From positions 259,060 through 323,059 of the forward strand of contig VRVR01000027.1 in assembly GCA_009859145.1 (NCBI GenBank): a stretch of DNA of 64,000 bases, read 5' to 3'. Positions 41,906-53,952 of the stretch are shown piece by piece. The stretch comes from Andalucia godoyi And28 (lineage: Eukaryota; Protista; Jakobida). The number at the start of each line of letters is the position of its first letter. Positions within the stretch are counted from its first letter, which is position 1. Below the pieces are notes generated by a model. That model was not told where the DNA came from. It made no database searches and was given only the letters and a program-made list of their open reading frames with translations. Made by a program: the position numbers and the translations under genes.

Positions 41906-42646
41906 GAGGTCTGGATTGAAAGACCTTCTCCTTCTCCAACCTTATTAATCGCTTGCACGATGTCCCAGAGCGAAGTACGTTTGGGGGTGTGCAGAGATTT
42001 CCGTCTGTTGCTTTTCCCGCCTGTTTGGCTCTGCCGAAATGCGGCGGTGTAATTACGGTTGACGGACAGATTGATGATGCCGTGCTTTCTTCGTATAGCC
42101 GTTTGACCGAATCATGCATCGTCTTTTCTATCTTTTGTCTTTTGTCGAATGTTCGTGAGACTGTTTAGTTCAGCTCATCGCGAAATATTGCTGGAGTGTC
42201 GTCACGTAACTCAAGACGCCGATCGTCGTTTTCTGGATTGTCGATTCGCAACGATATGCTTCCAAGGTTTTGTTTCGACCTCATTTTTCACTGTTGCTCT
42301 GATGCTGATCGTGCAATAATGTTTCTGCTTTTCTTTCCACGCAAAGTACGTCTGCTCTTGTTTGAGATCTGCTTCGTCGTCATTTTCGTCTTTCTGTTTT
42401 GTCTCTCTAAGGCGTTTCCATGCCTCTATGGCCGTGACTTCAGCCGGACGCTATCTTTGCAGGAAATTTTGCGTCTTCTGCAATATCCTTTGGAGCGCAT
42501 GATGCGGCTGGGGTCCTTTTGCGCTTCTCTCAATCAGTATCTCATGCGTCCACGGCCTTATTTACATTCCGAACACTCCCTCTATCCTTTGCTGCATCGA
42601 TGTCCTCCTAAACACTCGAACTTCTCTCTTTTGCCTCCGTCTTTTT

Positions 42647-44026
42647 TCATACAGTTTCTGTCAACAGGACGACACAATCGTCTGCAGAGAGCAGTCCAAC
42701 TTCTTCCTCGGAAATCCCAATTTCGATTCTCTTTCTCCGCACGAGAATTCGCAGAAGAGGGAGAGGTTTTCGCGCAAGGTCTGCTTTCCTGCTGCACGTC
42801 AGCTCGGTACCGGATTCCTCGACATCAGGATTTTTAATCTCTTTGCTTTCCGTCTGAGCTGGTTGAACGCTGTTTTCATCTTCGTCACTGTCGTGAACAT
42901 CCGCGCACGTATGCGTACCGCAAGAATCGGCTAGTTCCTTTCCCAGTTCTCTTTCACAAATGTTTCGCACGGTCTGAGGTTGCCAGTAGTCTCCTCCGCG
43001 CGGTGCCTTTGGAGGTCCAAGATCAGTCATCAGAGGAAGAGCATCTGCGATTTTTTCGTACTGGAATCCTTCTCGTCGCATTTCGATGATCCGTTCGACG
43101 ACGGGTCGCGTCGCAGTGTCATGCACTAGTGTTCTTGTTTCTGGGTTGACTCTATACCCGTAAGGCGGACAACTCATTACGAATCCTTTGGATCGACAGT
43201 GTTCCATTCCTCGTTTAACTCGTTGTCGTATCATCTCCCGTTCGTTTTCTGCCAAAGTCGCATGAAACATCAAGAATGATTTTGAGGCCGGATCCAAGGT
43301 GTCAAGGTTCGTTCGAAGTTCTATGAACCGACAGCCGGCTTGGGCTATTTGTCGCAGGAGGGGAACAGCGATGTCCATGCTCCGAGCAAGGCGACTCACT
43401 TCCGTGACGACAATAATCTCTCCTTTTCGCATGGACCGAAGGAGCTGTGCGAGCCCTGGGCGATGTGTTTCGTCTTTCGCTCCTGAGATGCCTTCGTCTG
43501 TGTATATGCGACGCACTGGAAGCTGTAGACTGTCGGCAGCGTATTTCCGGATAGCCGCTGTCTGGCTTTCCATCGATGCCTCCTGCATGTCCGTCGAGAC
43601 GCGGACGTATCCGAGGACAGATGTCCAGGTCGACACGGTCTTGAGATCGAAATCCGTTGTCTTCGTTCTCCGTTTGTTTCGCTGGTCTTCATGCGGGGTA
43701 CGGAGGGCTTCTGGAAGCTGGTCCTTCCAGGATTTCATGTTCAAATCAACTCGCCCATTTGTCGTTTCTTTAGAATTCTTCACGTTCTTCTCATTTGCAT
43801 TCAGTCTGGCAGGAGTGGAGGGGCACTGTGAGTGATATTGCATTTTTGAGTCGATGAAAGGCATTTGCTTCGAGCTGTCGATTTGTTTTGTATGTAGGTT
43901 ATGAGGTCGTCCTTTTCCTCCAGAACGGGGACCTCCTTTCTGGGACCGTACGGAAAGGTCTCTGCTGGACATAGAAACCCCTGGGTGTGTGGCCTTCTTG
44001 AAGACGACGAGAGGTCTAGACTGCAC
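42647..44026 (-). CDS. Serine recombinase (resolvase/invertase catalytic domain plus short C-terminal DNA-binding region); true start probably 43972 or later
   Basis: VLGYVRVST (catalytic Ser codon at 43595-43597), YTDEGISG, RPGL, VTEVSRLARS, AENEREMIRQRVKRG, PPYGY and YEKIADAL. Confidence 0.92.
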   Translation of the reverse strand: MQSRPLVVFKKATHPGVSMSSRDLSVRSQKGGPRSGGKGRPHNLHTKQIDSSKQMPFIDSKMQYHSQCPSTPARLNANEKNVKNSKETTNGRVDLNMKSWKDQLPEALRTPHEDQRNKRRTKTTDFDLKTVSTWTSVLGYVRVSTDMQEASMESQTAAIRKYAADSLQLPVRRIYTDEGISGAKDETHRPGLAQLLRSMRKGEIIVVTEVSRLARSMDIAVPLLRQIAQAGCRFIELRTNLDTLDPASKSFLMFHATLAENEREMIRQRVKRGMEHCRSKGFVMSCPPYGYRVNPETRTLVHDTATRPVVERIIEMRREGFQYEKIADALPLMTDLGPPKAPRGGDYWQPQTVRNICERELGKELADSCGTHTCADVHDSDEDENSVQPAQTESKEIKNPDVEESGTELTCSRKADLARKPLPLLRILVRRKRIEIGISEEEVGLLSADDCVVLLTETV

Positions 44027-44321
44027 TCCTGTCAGAATGTCTGGTGAAGGGTCTTCTGTTCTTCACGCCCTCTGAGGTTCTGTGGCCGGTCGAGCATTCC
44101 TGCATCCGTTAATTTGGTCCTTTGGTCTCATCCGCTGTCTTATCTCCCGTAGGTTTGCGCCTCTGACCGCTAACGACGTGATCCATGATGATTGGTATCT
44201 CTCTCACTTTCTGAGATCGCCAAATTCTTATGTAGCGAAAACATCATACCTACATGAAGGACAGAAGCAGTCGGTTCGCACGCACCCACCATGATAGAAG
44301 GAATGATTATGATAAAGTTGT

Positions 44322-44792
44322 TTACCTTTCGAGACGATCTTCCGTCAACCGAATGCGCTTCGGTGAGGGACAGGATCCTTTTTCTTCTTCTTCTTCTTCT
44401 TCCTCTTCCTCTTCATCTTCCTCTTCATCAACCACGTCATCTTCGCCATCATTTAGATCGTCAAGGCCGTCGAGATCATCCTCTGAAGGAAAGCAGTCGG
44501 GGTCTTCTGCTTCTTCAATTGCATCGATAATTTCTCTCCACGACCAGAAGTCTTCGTGGTGCCGGTCCGCGTCGTTGATTGTGCCATGCTGCAGTTTCTC
44601 TCTTGCGATCCACACGCCACGGGTCTGAAGGCGTCGATCAATGATGCCATTATTCACAATGTTGTCCCAGCTGCGTTTCACGAAGGAGGGGATGTTGATG
44701 CATGGCATTTCTTTAGATTCCTCATTCTGAGTACGGAATAGAACACCGGTACCTGTGTATCCGGCAACAAAGAAGTTTCGAACAGACGACAT
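44322..44792 (-). CDS. Small hypothetical protein with poly-acidic tail
   Basis: 156-aa ATG ORF with a D/E run near the C-terminus. Confidence 0.5.
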   Translation of the reverse strand: MSSVRNFFVAGYTGTGVLFRTQNEESKEMPCINIPSFVKRSWDNIVNNGIIDRRLQTRGVWIAREKLQHGTINDADRHHEDFWSWREIIDAIEEAEDPDCFPSEDDLDGLDDLNDGEDDVVDEEEDEEEEEEEEEEEKGSCPSPKRIRLTEDRLER

Positions 44793-45135
44793 TCTAACAA
44801 TGATCCACTGAAACGTTTGGGACGAAAATCGCTGTCGTCCTAATACATTTTGATTGTCTAGAAATGCGTGATTTTAGCGATGGAAAAATGGTGGGAAAAG
44901 GCTTTCCTTCCAACTTTTCGAATCGAAACTTTGTCCGGTGTTGTGCGTGACTGTCGCTTGAATTATTGCCTTACAACGGTGCAGCACATGATCCTTTATT
45001 GCGGAGAAACACAAGGACCTTCAGGGCGAACCGCGAGCCACAGAATTAAAAACGACGTCGGTATTCCCATAGAACGATGGTTTTCTCCAACCATCACGCA
45101 CACGGTTTTGCTAAGACACTGACGACAGCAACGAT

Positions 45136-46283
45136 CATGCTTATGTAAAATCGAGATCACCTCCGTCGCCGACCTTCCGGTCCTCCTGAACAGCCTGAGT
45201 GACTGAAGCTCATGGAGACCCAGATGACCAAGCTTATGTAAAATCGAAATCAGCTCCGTCCGACCTTCCGGTCCTCCTGAACAGCCTGAGTGACTGAAGG
45301 TCATGGAGACCACGATGACCAAGCTTATGTAAAATCGAAATCAGCTCCGTCCGACCTTCCGGTCCTCCTGAACAGCCTGAGTGACTGAAGGTCACACAGA
45401 CCCAGATGACCATGCTTATGTAAAATCGAAATCAGCTCCGTCCGACCTGCCGGTCCTCCTGACCAGCCAGAGCAGCTGAAGGTCACACAGACCCAGATGA
45501 CCATGCTTATATAAAGCTTATGTAAAATCGAGATCACACCCGTCCGACCTGCCGGTCCTCCTGAACAGCCTGAGTGACTGAAGGTCACACAGACCCAGAT
45601 GACCATGCTTATATAAAGCTTATGTAAAATCGAGATCACACCCGTCCGACCTTCCGGTCCTCCTGAACAGCCTGAGTGACTGAAGGTCACACAGACCCAG
45701 ATGACCATGCTTATGTAACATCGATACTCCCTCCGTCCGACCTTCCGGTCCTCCTGAACAGCCTGAGTGACTGAAGGTCACACAGACCCAGATGACCAAG
45801 CTTATGTAAAGCTTATGTAAAATCGAGATCACACCCGTCCGACCTGCCGGTCCTCCTGACCAGCCAGAGTAGCTGAAGATGACGAATACCCAGATGACCA
45901 TGCTTATGTAAAATCGAAATCAGCTCCGTCCGACCTGCCGGTCCTCCTGACCAGCCAGAGTAGCTGAAGATGACGAATACCCAGATGACCATGCTTATAT
46001 AAAGCTTATGTAAAATCGAGATCACACCCGTCCGACCTGCCGGTCCTCCTGAACAGCTGGAGCGACTGAAGGTCACACAGACCCAGATGACCATGCTTAT
46101 GTAAAATCGAAATCAGCTCCGTCCGACCTTCCGGTCCTCCTGAACAGCCTGAGTGACTGAAGGTCATGGAGACCCAGATGACCATGCTTATGTAAAATCG
46201 AGATCACACCCGTCCGACCTGCCGGTCCTCCTGAACAGCTGGAGCGACTGAAGATGACGGAGACCACGACGACCAGGCTTATG
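45136..46283. repeat. 91-bp-family tandem array 2 (12 units; 91 bp, or 102 bp with an 11-bp duplication)
   Basis: Unit starts at 45140, 45233, 45324, 45415, 45506, 45608, 45710, 45801, 45903, 45994, 46096, 46187 and 46278. Confidence 0.97.
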
Positions 46284-48431
46284 AAAAAATGAGATTGACG
46301 TTCGCCACCGCTTTGTTTCATTTTCAATCCGTTGATTGATTTCGTTGCCCACGATGGTTGCAATGACGGCTGCTCTATGAGTATGGAGGTCCTCTCGTCC
46401 GTCTCATTAATCGTGTGTTTTTGTCGTAATTGCGTATTCAAGGTGTTGACTACCACGGTCATCGACATTCGAGCAGCGATGTAGGTGGTCTGTATGGAGT
46501 TCGGATCATCAAGAAACGAGCAACAGACATAGCTGTAGCAGAACGGTATGCGGCTTAACGTTGCATGTATGCCGCAAGACTCTTCAAAGAAGTCATTAGG
46601 ATAGCAAAGGGCGAGCTCCTTAACGGAGCGACTGAGGATACCGGCGCATGCATGCTCTGACAGTAAAAGAAATGGGGGTCGCTGAATAACGTTGCTAAAT
46701 GCAGTGGAAACGATGCAAAAGCAATGCAGGTTTCCACCGTGGCAGGAATTGCTCGTACCGCAGGATCGGGCACAGTCGGCAGATTATTCTATTGGTCGGC
46801 GTTATTGTTTTTGGCACGTCGTCTTCCAATACTCATCTTTTCTCTTTTGAGAATTTGCTCCCGGTCGCTGTGCACATATTGTTCTTCGGTGCGGGTTTGT
46901 TACTAAAACAACATCCTTACGACTTTCGCTGTATGATGGGGGAAAGAATGCTTTTCATATTCATCGGTAGAGCTGAAGGTAGATTTCTTGTGGGCAGAGG
47001 ATATCCCAACTCACAAACTAAGTGGAGCAAGGAATGAAAATGTGCTGCTTCGTCCTCACTTTCATCGTAACTGCACGGCCATGCAGATTCTCGTTTTCCG
47101 TTATGTGTGCTTCAATCTGGAGTTTCATTCACGCTGTTCTCATCTGAAGATCCCTGACGACTCCGCTTTGAAAGATGGATTCTTTGACGGCGCACCAGAA
47201 CTCGAAATCTCGGCGGGAATAGGCTGAAGGCACCCCTGCCAATCTGCTATCATGTCTAAAGCACCCTTAGAGCCTTGATTTCGCATCAAACTCGACAGTT
47301 TTCGGAGAATCTCGGTTCTGTTGAACTACAGGAATCCCACAATCTGCATAAGAACGTCGTTCGATTCGCCCTAACGGTATCCATACATCTCACTGCTGCT
47401 GTATTCGGATAACCTGTCTAGAATACTGTCAGAAGGGTCCTCCGATCTTAAAGAGACAGGTGCGTGCAGATAGCGCTGTCTAGATGCCAGAATGCGATGA
47501 CTCTGATCAAGTGCTGTTCGATGATCCTGAGAAAGTGTCTGACCAGATGCAGCTAAAGAAATCAAAGAACAAGGTGGATTGGAGGTACTCCTTGAAACCC
47601 CCTCAACCACTCCTTTCTCCAAAACAGCTTGAATCAGGCTCTGTAATCCAAGTACAGAAGTACGATTGCTTCACGACTTCTTCTAATTTCTTTTAGCATT
47701 CGTGTGTTGCTTTGTAATGGGTCGCAGAGCACATTGAGAAGAGCGTTCTCCTGTAAGCTAAAAGAATTTCCTTTGTTTAAAATGGAAAGAAACCAGGATA
47801 GGCGAAAGTCGCGCAATATCAAGGTTGGTCGACATGAGCAGATCAAACCAGTGAAAAAAACTTCCTTAAAAAAGAAGAAACAGAAAACCTGAAAATGAAA
47901 TCTAGACGTTCAACTTGGAAACAAAATCTCTTTCGGAACAACACGTGGGGGCAAATCCGCGCCAGTCACGTCGTACCGCTGCAGACTTCTGCTTTGCGAA
48001 CAAAATGAATTTGAAGCCCCCTGTTCCTACGACTGCGCGTTGACAGACGACTGTTGTTGCTAACCAACTGTTCTGCACTATGTACCGTAAAAGCCTTCAT
48101 GCAAAATAGAAGGAAGCAAAATGGGTCTATCTACTTCTCAAGGTTCCCTAGCTGGTTGATGTCATTCTCCGGAACTAAACATGACTTGGGAAGATGGAAG
48201 GAAATGGGCGGCCTGTTAAAATCACAGAAACTTTCTTTCCACTTCGCCTCCATGTTCAGGACAGCAAAGGAGTAAGCGAGGAGCATCAAAAACAACTGGA
48301 TCAGCCCACGTGATAATCAGACACAAGGCCGATGCAGGTTTTGGAACTGTGGACGAAGGCATACAATCAGTTCGCACGACCTGTGTGTGTTTGGAATCCA
48401 GAATGCTACTGAGAGTAGTTACGGTCTTCGT

Positions 48432-48944
48432 TTACATGTATGCAGCAAGGAAAACAAAACCAAAAACCAGGGCCAACACACTGGGCATGAGACGAGGAGC
48501 AAGGGCATCGGATGATGGCGGTGGGCCGTTGTCGCATTTCACAGTGCTGGTCATCCCGCGACTCGCGTTATGAGTTGCTCCATTCATCAAAGTGAAGAAT
48601 TCTGGGGACCCAAAGCTGGCCGTATACGAGACAGAAAGAGAACTAGACCCGATGGGAAACAACGGGCCCACGTAGCACAAATTGATACTGTCCTGGCAGG
48701 TCAGTGAAAGACCTATGACATCCAGGTACACCCCAGCGTACGAAACGGAAGTGCCTGCACACGCAACATTGGTCAAACTCCACGAGCCAACAGTTCCAGA
48801 TGAGGAGTTGTAAGGACCTCCGCAGTACGGATTTCCACAGATGTCTGCAAGCAGAGCACTGGAGGTTGTCGGCTTGGCCCCATGCGAAACTCCCACAAGG
48901 ACGAGCGCGACGCAGAGGCAGCTCAGCAGGACACTGAAGTTCAT
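48432..48944 (-). CDS. Secreted, probably GPI-anchored surface protein (~170 aa)
   Basis: Signal peptide MNFSVLLSCLCVALVLVGVSHG, Cys-containing core, and C-terminal SSDA followed by the hydrophobic tail LMPSVLALVFGFVFLAAYM. Confidence 0.75.
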   Translation of the reverse strand: MNFSVLLSCLCVALVLVGVSHGAKPTTSSALLADICGNPYCGGPYNSSSGTVGSWSLTNVACAGTSVSYAGVYLDVIGLSLTCQDSINLCYVGPLFPIGSSSLSVSYTASFGSPEFFTLMNGATHNASRGMTSTVKCDNGPPPSSDALAPRLMPSVLALVFGFVFLAAYM

Positions 48945-49197
48945 TTGCTCGAACAATTACAAAACAAAAAATGAAAAGTCAAAAAGCAAAAAAGATAACG
49001 AAGGCGGTTCGCTTTAATAACGGGGAGCGGGAGCCAGTCCGAAGGTTAGTCGTGGACGACGATACACACAAAGGCTGGTTACTCAATGGTTACACGGTGG
49101 CATCAATCTGGGGCTCTGCAAGAATGGATGTGAGTCGAGCCGGATTCGTTTTACTTGTAAGAGCAGTCCTCGGTCCGTAGCTCGTGGCCCGTAGGCT

Positions 49198-50151
49198 TTA
49201 AATGGGCACAGCCTTTCTGGGAAGAAAGCAACAGCACAATCTATGGGCCATCTTTTCCAGGAATGTCAGAGATTCGCCAACGAGGATCTTGTACTGGACC
49301 CTCTTCAAGAAGAACACGGGATTGACGAAAACAGTGAGGATTCGAAAGCAGAGCACCACGAAGCTTGCAATCGCTACGTATTTAACCACAAGACTGCGAA
49401 TGGACAGCACATTTTCGGTGACATAATCGGAATATGGGTCGTTTTTTGTTGAACAGACATCGGAAGAAACAGAGAGCGGCGGTAGGACCATTCCATAGAA
49501 GGAGAAGAAGAAGACTGCCCGGATCGAAAGTGCAAACATGAGAAACATAAGTACGGTAAAGATGATCTGCACCAGCTCAAACCATTTGTTTTCATAAAGG
49601 ACATCTCCGGAAAGGCGCTTTCTGGTGGTGTAGACTTGGAAGAGCAAGACGATCAGCTCGGAGGCAAGCAAGACGAGGAAGAACGCGGCATTCCTGTGAT
49701 AAACATCGTAATCAAAGTTGGACATGTTGTAGAACTCGTACTGCAGTGGAATTCCCGTACGCACGTATGTTTGCAGAAGGTCAGAAGTGTTTGTGCAGGG
49801 GGCACTGAGTATAAACGCACATCCATCGAATCCATGCATGACCAAGCTACCTTGACGGAACGTGTAAAACACACTTCCATCCACCAGTGCGCCCTTCTCG
49901 CATCGAGGACCACGTGCGGTTGAAGGAAGTTCGTCGAGCATCCAGTAGTTTTGAACAGTAAAATCGTTGCCCAACCCCAGCCAAAGGCACATTGCAGCAA
50001 AGACAAGGACAAGAATGGATGCAGAGGAATGGCAACAATGTGACCAGCGAACGCTCTTCTTGTAGACGTCTGTCAACAGGAGACGCTGGTCCGTTGTCAT
50101 CTTCAAATGATAAGGGGAAACTTGCATTGGGCCAGAGGAAGAGTGGTCCAT
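49198..50151 (-). CDS. Multi-pass membrane protein (about 4 TM helices)
   Basis: Four hydrophobic segments separated by Cys-containing loops. Confidence 0.75.
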   Translation of the reverse strand: MDHSSSGPMQVSPYHLKMTTDQRLLLTDVYKKSVRWSHCCHSSASILVLVFAAMCLWLGLGNDFTVQNYWMLDELPSTARGPRCEKGALVDGSVFYTFRQGSLVMHGFDGCAFILSAPCTNTSDLLQTYVRTGIPLQYEFYNMSNFDYDVYHRNAAFFLVLLASELIVLLFQVYTTRKRLSGDVLYENKWFELVQIIFTVLMFLMFALSIRAVFFFSFYGMVLPPLSVSSDVCSTKNDPYSDYVTENVLSIRSLVVKYVAIASFVVLCFRILTVFVNPVFFLKRVQYKILVGESLTFLEKMAHRLCCCFLPRKAVPI

Positions 50152-51555
50152 GGAATCTGTTCAATCGAAAAAGAAAGAAAAGAAATGCAAGACGGCGGCC
50201 AGAGGAGGATAACGCAACGTACGCGAGACGAACCAATGGGGCGCCAGTCTCCTCCGACAGCAAAGAGCGAATGACGTAGATTCGGTTTCTATTTTGCGGT
50301 TCCCAATCCGTATTTGATTGACTGATGGCGCGTGAATGTCTTTCTATGCAGTTTTGAGGATGGGTGCTTGCGTCGGTACCTGGAGTGGCGCAAAGAACGC
50401 AGTAAAAGATCTCAAGACAGTTTTCCAGTTTATATCAAACCTCGATTTCATTGAACACATGCACGGCCAGTGTGCCGTCTTCTCCTCAAGCCGATGAGAG
50501 AAGCCACGTTCGTAGGTCCCTCGCCAGCAGTCATTACAGACTGCTCTCCCAGGGACCCCGACGGTATTCAGTGTCTCATATACGCACCTGTGCTGTAGGC
50601 CCAAAGGTTCATGCTAGCATCATTGAGAGAAGACAGGAGGATGCCGAATGACAAACAGAATGCCTCTGGCCATCTTCCTGAAGATCGTCAGTTTAAACCT
50701 TGGTTTTTCCATTGAAACACTACCCAAACGGATAGCAACGGGAAACTCGCATGCACTTTGCTGCAAGACAACAAAGGGACGACCGCCTGTGGGATTTCAG
50801 AGCGGCTGCGCGAAGAAGTGCGTACAAGCCGGTCACAACAAATCCACTAGCGGAGATGAGTATCCTCGCCCCCTGCAGTTCTAGTGTTCTTGGTCGGTCA
50901 AATCGGGGCAGATCGCCGGAAACTTGTCATCGTCTGGGGCTCTGTCGTCAAGCTGGGAGGCAGGCAAGGATGACAAACGTTCCTGCTTATTCAGTGCCCT
51001 CGCAGATCAAGCCCGGTGTGACAGCCCATCCATCCGATTGCTGGTTCCGTGACAAGCATCCGAAGACGATCCCCGTCGGCGCGAGGTAGCAAACTTTCCT
51101 GAGATAATGATGTTTGTTATCATGTAAATTCCGAATTGCAGGTACACCCGAATCCACATTCATGCGACCTGCTTCATGAAAATCGATGGCTCTCTGATAC
51201 ACCAATTTCTGATGGTGTTTTTGTAGTAATTCGATAAGAGCACTTTAATGATTGTGAAGCATTTCAAATCCTACGCATCCTTCATTGAAAGGAATGTGAT
51301 CCTCTCGAGCGTCTCGCACCAACACAGGTGGAGCATCTTGGAGTAAGGAAATGCAAAGACGGTATAGCAGCTGTTTATACCTCTCCCGTCTGAGACAAAG
51401 TTCTCTGGGACTTGACTAATAGTATCGAGAGAGATGTAACACTGGCAGCCACGGCTTCGGTAGCCATTCCTCTAGAAACTTGACAAACGCAAGAACATGT
51501 TATTCGTCTTCAACAACCTCGCGGTTGCATCCTTTTGTCCCTGTTTTGACTGATT

Positions 51556-51969
51556 CTACGCCATGTCTTCAGATTCATCTTTTTTCTCTACGCCTGCCAA
51601 GCGATCTGCTTTTGTAGGATGTACTCCTTCCAATCGCTCTCCGTTGGTCTCGGGTGCCGGCGGCTTTTGCTCTCCCCAGCAGCGGAACATGTCTTGCGTC
51701 TTCTCGACCGCGTAAGCACATGTTCGGAAAAACGCCGGGATGTTACCAATCACAATCAGAAGAACGAGAACAATCAGTACGGCGAGCATCATGACAGCGT
51801 CCGATCTTTTATGTAGTAATGAAAAAAGCCAGTTCAAAAACTGCAGCGAATGGTGACTCTCGTTTACCTCTAAGGTTGGAAAAGATTCTCTGGTTCTGGT
51901 CGATTCCACGGCATTCGGTTGATGACCTACATTCACCTTCAACAACAACTTAGGGAGCGAACGTTCCAA
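51556..51969 (-). CDS. Small single-TM hypothetical protein
   Basis: Hydrophobic MMLAVLIVLVLLIVIGNI segment; start uncertain. Confidence 0.35.
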   Translation of the reverse strand: MERSLPKLLLKVNVGHQPNAVESTRTRESFPTLEVNESHHSLQFLNWLFSLLHKRSDAVMMLAVLIVLVLLIVIGNIPAFFRTCAYAVEKTQDMFRCWGEQKPPAPETNGERLEGVHPTKADRLAGVEKKDESEDMA

Positions 51970-53731
51970 TGTACCTCTGATTTTCGACTACTCCATCCGC
52001 TTTCGCAATGGGAAATACGTCTTCTTGCCACGCATCCTGGTTCAGCAGAGCCCATGCATACGCGGTATACTGTCGGACTCTGGCCGCTACTTCGACCGCC
52101 TTGCCGCGGGCGAGATGAGAAGAGACCTCGCTCATCGACCAAGACGGATAGACCATGCAGTAGTGCAATGCCATGAGAGACCAGATAGCGCAGAATCCTG
52201 GCATTTCTCGAAGATCGAGCCGGTCCCATTCCACAGCGGCTTCCAGCGCCTGTGCACCCAAAAAGGGACAAGTCTGTTTAAGAGGACGAATGTTGTACGA
52301 ACGACCTTGGTCGGATGCACTGAGCATCGGCAACATGATCCGTCGAATGCGACTTTCGACAATGTCATTCGAAGCGCAGTGGCCATGCGGCTCAAATCGT
52401 TCTACACGGCGTCCATCTCGGCGCACCACAAGAGCGTTGGCATGCAGGGACTCCGCGTCCTCGCTTCGACGGAAGGAAAGCAGGAAGCCCAGCATGCTCC
52501 ACGTTGGATTCTCCAGAGCAAGTGACAGGATGCGGGATATCTGCTCATCGGTAGTCATTGGCATCGCTGCCGTCAAGACAGAAGCGGGGGCACGCACTCG
52601 GCGTGTCAGTGTGGCAAGAAAGGCCCGCAGGTTCGGATGCACGCTTCTCCATTGGAAATACCGGTTAAGCCGCGTCGCATCTTCTCCAAGGACTGCAGAA
52701 ACGTCAGCTTCCACAATATCATTCGACGCTAAAAGTATGGATCGAATATTCCATCGTGCCCGTTCTCCGGCTTCCCGTCTTGGACGTGCTCCCGAGCGGA
52801 CAAACTGCAACAAACCCTCGTATTCTCGGGGACGGACTGCGAATTCGTTTTGATGAATGCTTCTTCTCAGTGCTTCCGGTACGGCCATCCAGGACGGCCA
52901 CCAGACATCAATCTCGAGATCGTTCACAAAGAAGCGCAACATTTCCTGACTGGAGATCGATCTCCAGTATTCTGGATCCGAAAAGTCTACCGAAAACTGT
53001 TCCACGAGCAAATTCAGCTGCACGAAATGTTCGTGACGAATGAATGCGTGGATTGCACTGGGCGCAAGGACAAGCGCACGGATCTCGATCCCCACGAGGA
53101 CCTCGAAGAAAGCAAGAGTTTCGCGATCCATTTCGCCCAACCAAATGAACATTAAACATTCCTCGCACTCTTCCAAGCTGGAAGACGTATGGCGGTGCAG
53201 GTGCGAAGCAAATGCAAGCTTCTCCTCCCGGGAAACCTGGAAATTCGACAAGACTCGTCTCATGATCTTCAAAGCCTCTTCCAGTGAGAACATCCTATAT
53301 GGATCCAGCAACGAGAGAATGACCGACGGGAACGTGCTTGTCTGCAGCACCCGATCTGCATAAACAAGTTGGTGTTCCACCATCCAACCAGCGAGAGCTG
53401 CATTGCCGATGTCAACTACATGAAACTCCAGAAACACACGCATCCCTCGTGTTGACAGGATGGCATGCAGCATGTTTGCGACCCGCAGGAAATTAGCATC
53501 TGGAACATTCCGCAGGCAGCTCGCCTTCATCAACCAGACCCACGGCCGAGGTCGCACCATCGTGCGTACCGCATCCAGCAACGAGACAATATTCCGCTCG
53601 AGCAGTGTTGGGTCCTGCACGGCTACAGCGAGAAGGATCTCTGCAGTGTCAAAGGTGAGTCCGAAGAACTCGTGCTGAACGACACAGCCGTCCAAGACAC
53701 CGTTCCAAAGAGATTGGAGATCAATCGGCAT
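51950..53731 (-). CDS. Helical N-terminal domain plus clan-CE-like (Ulp1/adenain order H-E-Q-C) cysteine protease of a type seen in giant viruses
   Basis: LHANALVV (His), ERFEPHG (Glu), CPFLGAQ (Gln) and PGFCAIWSL (Cys). Confidence 0.7.
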   Translation of the reverse strand: MPIDLQSLWNGVLDGCVVQHEFFGLTFDTAEILLAVAVQDPTLLERNIVSLLDAVRTMVRPRPWVWLMKASCLRNVPDANFLRVANMLHAILSTRGMRVFLEFHVVDIGNAALAGWMVEHQLVYADRVLQTSTFPSVILSLLDPYRMFSLEEALKIMRRVLSNFQVSREEKLAFASHLHRHTSSSLEECEECLMFIWLGEMDRETLAFFEVLVGIEIRALVLAPSAIHAFIRHEHFVQLNLLVEQFSVDFSDPEYWRSISSQEMLRFFVNDLEIDVWWPSWMAVPEALRRSIHQNEFAVRPREYEGLLQFVRSGARPRREAGERARWNIRSILLASNDIVEADVSAVLGEDATRLNRYFQWRSVHPNLRAFLATLTRRVRAPASVLTAAMPMTTDEQISRILSLALENPTWSMLGFLLSFRRSEDAESLHANALVVRRDGRRVERFEPHGHCASNDIVESRIRRIMLPMLSASDQGRSYNIRPLKQTCPFLGAQALEAAVEWDRLDLREMPGFCAIWSLMALHYCMVYPSWSMSEVSSHLARGKAVEVAARVRQYTAYAWALLNQDAWQEDVFPIAKADGVVENQRYIGTFAP

Positions 53732-53952
53732 TTTTATTAGTTGGCTGGGTCGGGATTACGGAATTATAAATGAATAGGAGAGTGCATGTGTCACAGAAGT
53801 GGTGCATGCTTCGTGTTTTGGAGAAACTCGGCATCCGTCATCAGCGAATGTTCTGCTCTTCTGCACAAAAAATCGACAAGGCGACGGATGCCACGTACGT
53901 CTTTTCTGATTAAATAAACGAAGCTTCATGCAGTCACCATGTTTATGGTAGA

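Noticed and set aside
42165-42650. Decayed Cys-rich/HNH-like gene downstream of the recombinase (minus strand)
   Set aside because: Several stops and only vague motifs (C..GH.C, LRIDN); it cannot be supported without a search.
45325-46094. ORFs within the repeat arrays (also 38235-38802 and 56839-57195)
   Set aside because: The 91-bp period shifts frame and stops recur. The ORFs are by-products of 102-bp variants or chance alleles.
45136-46283. 91-bp arrays as CRISPR arrays
   Set aside because: There are no unique spacers; whole units are homologous, and no cas genes are present.
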